A stretch of 64,000 nt of DNA from Vicinamibacterales bacterium. Its GTDB lineage: Bacteria; Acidobacteriota; Vicinamibacteria; Vicinamibacterales; UBA2999. The notes beneath the pieces were generated by a model. That model saw only the letters and a program-made list of their open reading frames with translations. It had not been told where the DNA came from and did no database searches. Positions 62,514 to 64,000 of the stretch are shown one piece after another. Where the stretch lies: contig JBEBFY010000003.1 of the NCBI GenBank assembly GCA_040081715.1, positions 6,524 to 70,523 on the forward strand. Direction: 5' to 3'. Position numbers and translations under genes: made by a program. The stretch's first letter is position 1. Each line of letters starts with the position of its first letter.

Positions 62514-63823
62514 GACCCCCCTGGCTGATCGCGATCTGGGTCGCCGGTGTGCTGGCGTTGGCCGGCACCGGCGGACGCGTGGCGCACCTGGCGGCGCAGC
62601 CGGCTGGCCAGCCTTCCGGACGGGTGGCGAGTGGACCGAACGGGTGCGTGACGTGTCACAGCGCGGAGCGCGAGGCATCCCTCTCGGCTCCGGTCGCGGC
62701 GCACAGGGCTGATGTCCACGGGCAGCGAGGGATCGGCTGCGTGGAGTGCCACGGCGGCGATGCCACGACCGCGGACAAGGTAAAGGCCATGTCGGCCGCG
62801 GCCGGCTTCAAGGGGAAGCTCACGGGCCAGGCGCAGGTGCTGGCGTGCGCGCGGTGCCACAGCGACGCGGCGTATATGCGGACCTTCTCGCCCAAACAGC
62901 GGGTGGACCAGGCGGTCGAGTACGCCGCGAGCGCGCACGGTCGGCGGCTCGCGGAGGGAGACACCCGCGTGGCGACCTGCGCGAGTTGCCACGGGGCGCA
63001 TGGTGTCAGGTCCGCATCGGACGCGCAGTCGCCGGTGTACGCCACCAACGTGGCCGGCACTTGCGGTTCGTGCCACAGCGACGCTCGGCGGATGACGAGG
63101 CACGACGGCACAGCGCATCCCACCGCGGCCGTGGCGGACTACACGTCCAGCGTGCACTTCGACGCCCTGTCGAGACGTCGCGATCTCTCGGCACCTACCT
63201 GCAACGATTGCCATGGCAACCACGGAGCCGCGCCGCCCGGCGTGGACGCGGTCAGCAACGTCTGTGGAACCTGTCACGCTGTGTTTGCCGCCCGTTTCGA
63301 CACCAGCCCTCACAAGCCGGTGTTTGAGAAGGCCTGCGTCGATTGCCACGGCAACCACGCAGTGGTCCGGCCAACCGAAGCGCTCATGGGCACCGGCGCC
63401 GGTGCGATCTGCGTGACCTGTCACGCCGAGAAGGACGACCCGGGTTTCAGGGGGGCCGCCGCCATGCGGGCGTCAATCGACCGCCTCTCCGGCCACATCG
63501 CGAAGGCGGCTGGCGTTGTCGAGCAGGCGAGAAACGCGGGGATGGAAGTCGGCGACCAGGACCTGGCCCTCGGGAAGGCTCGCGATCAGCTGATGCTGGC
63601 GCGCACCGATGTTCATACCTTTGACCCGAAGAAGGTGGAGGGTGTGACCGCCGACGGCGACAAGGTCGCAGCCGAGGCCGAAGCCGGCGGCCGCCGTGCC
63701 CTCGAGGAGCTCAGCTTCAGGCGCCGCGGTCTCACGGCATCGCTGGTGCTGATCCTGGCCGTCGTCGGAGCACTGACGCTGAAAATCCGCCAGATCGACC
63801 AGCGCAGGTCAGCCGCGCAATAA
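62510..63823 (+). CDS. membrane-anchored nonaheme c-type cytochrome (replaces cytochrome c1/f in the bc-type complex)
   Basis: Nine CxxCH motifs, an N-terminal signal/anchor and a C-terminal TM ([17 protein letters not shown]). Its ATG overlaps the cytochrome b stop (ATGA at 62510-62513). Confidence 0.8.
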   Translation: MRPPWLIAIWVAGVLALAGTGGRVAHLAAQPAGQPSGRVASGPNGCVTCHSAEREASLSAPVAAHRADVHGQRGIGCVECHGGDATTADKVKAMSAAAGFKGKLTGQAQVLACARCHSDAAYMRTFSPKQRVDQAVEYAASAHGRRLAEGDTRVATCASCHGAHGVRSASDAQSPVYATNVAGTCGSCHSDARRMTRHDGTAHPTAAVADYTSSVHFDALSRRRDLSAPTCNDCHGNHGAAPPGVDAVSNVCGTCHAVFAARFDTSPHKPVFEKACVDCHGNHAVVRPTEALMGTGAGAICVTCHAEKDDPGFRGAAAMRASIDRLSGHIAKAAGVVEQARNAGMEVGDQDLALGKARDQLMLARTDVHTFDPKKVEGVTADGDKVAAEAEAGGRRALEELSFRRRGLTASLVLILAVVGALTLKIRQIDQRRSAAQ

Positions 63824-63840
63824 GGGCGGCTCGGCCGGCC

Positions 63841-63999
63841 TCAGTTCCTCGACTTGTGCGAGGACTCAGTAAGCACAAGGCCCGATCCGATGCCCATCGG
63901 CAGCTTGATCCGGTCGCCCAGCGAACTCAAATTGAAGCCCTCGCGCACCTTCCCCTTCACGGTCACGCGGGCGGTCTTGCGCGGCACGCCCTTGTCCGA
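63841..63999 (-). CDS. 3' end of an unidentified gene (start lies outside the window)
   Basis: Strongly GC3-biased open frame ...SDKGVPRKTARVTVKGKVREGFNLSSLGDRIKLPMGIGSGLVLTESSHKSRN*. It is too short to appear in the ORF track. Confidence 0.4.
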   Translation of the reverse strand, partial: SDKGVPRKTARVTVKGKVREGFNLSSLGDRIKLPMGIGSGLVLTESSHKSRN

Positions 64000-64000
64000 G

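Noticed and set aside
1-64000. Search for CRISPR arrays, IS elements, integrases or rRNA genes
   Set aside because: I saw no regularly spaced direct repeats, no transposase- or integrase-like ORFs, and no rRNA-like stretches. The only mobile-DNA signature is the short duplication flanking the toxin-antitoxin cassette.

Overview
GC-rich bacterial chromosome segment (about two-thirds G+C by eye, not computed). It is densely coded on both strands, and the ORF track is full of long antisense shadow ORFs. The gene content suggests a Gram-negative soil lineage, possibly Acidobacteriota-like; that call is low confidence and rests on CarboxypepD_reg-type TonB-dependent receptors, DUF5916 paralogs and many c-type cytochromes. 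I support about 57 protein genes, 2 tRNAs (Pro-CGG, Phe-GAA), 3 short leader ORFs and several regulatory sites. I saw no rRNA, CRISPR array, IS element or integrase.

Main observations:
1. Positions 52.4-63.8 kb form a same-strand cluster encoding about 32 c-type heme motifs. It includes a DmsE/MtrA-type decaheme cytochrome and an MtrB/PioB-type outer-membrane barrel. A NapC/NirT-like quinol dehydrogenase lies upstream, and a Rieske/cytochrome b/nonaheme complex is translationally coupled downstream. I read this as a candidate extracellular electron-transfer conduit wired directly to a bc-type complex.
2. That cluster lies next to a PAS histidine kinase and a sigma-54 activator. Five well-spaced sigma-54 -24/-12 promoter matches sit in front of Usp, Hsp20, DHOD-like, small-membrane-protein and cytochrome-cluster genes.
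3. The divergent cysDN and TauE/TSUP genes are each preceded by a 25-codon leader ORF packed with Cys codons (CPCACCCC and CQACCC), followed by an intrinsic terminator. This looks like twin cysteine attenuators.
4. ilvB is preceded by an Ile-rich leader ORF (IAIISIISI) with a textbook antiterminator/terminator pair.
5. A small lower-GC islet follows tRNA-Pro. It carries a candidate HEPN (Rx4H) protein and a DUF433/DUF5615 toxin-antitoxin cassette. The cassette is bracketed by an imperfect duplication of the 3' end of the neighbouring molybdoenzyme gene.
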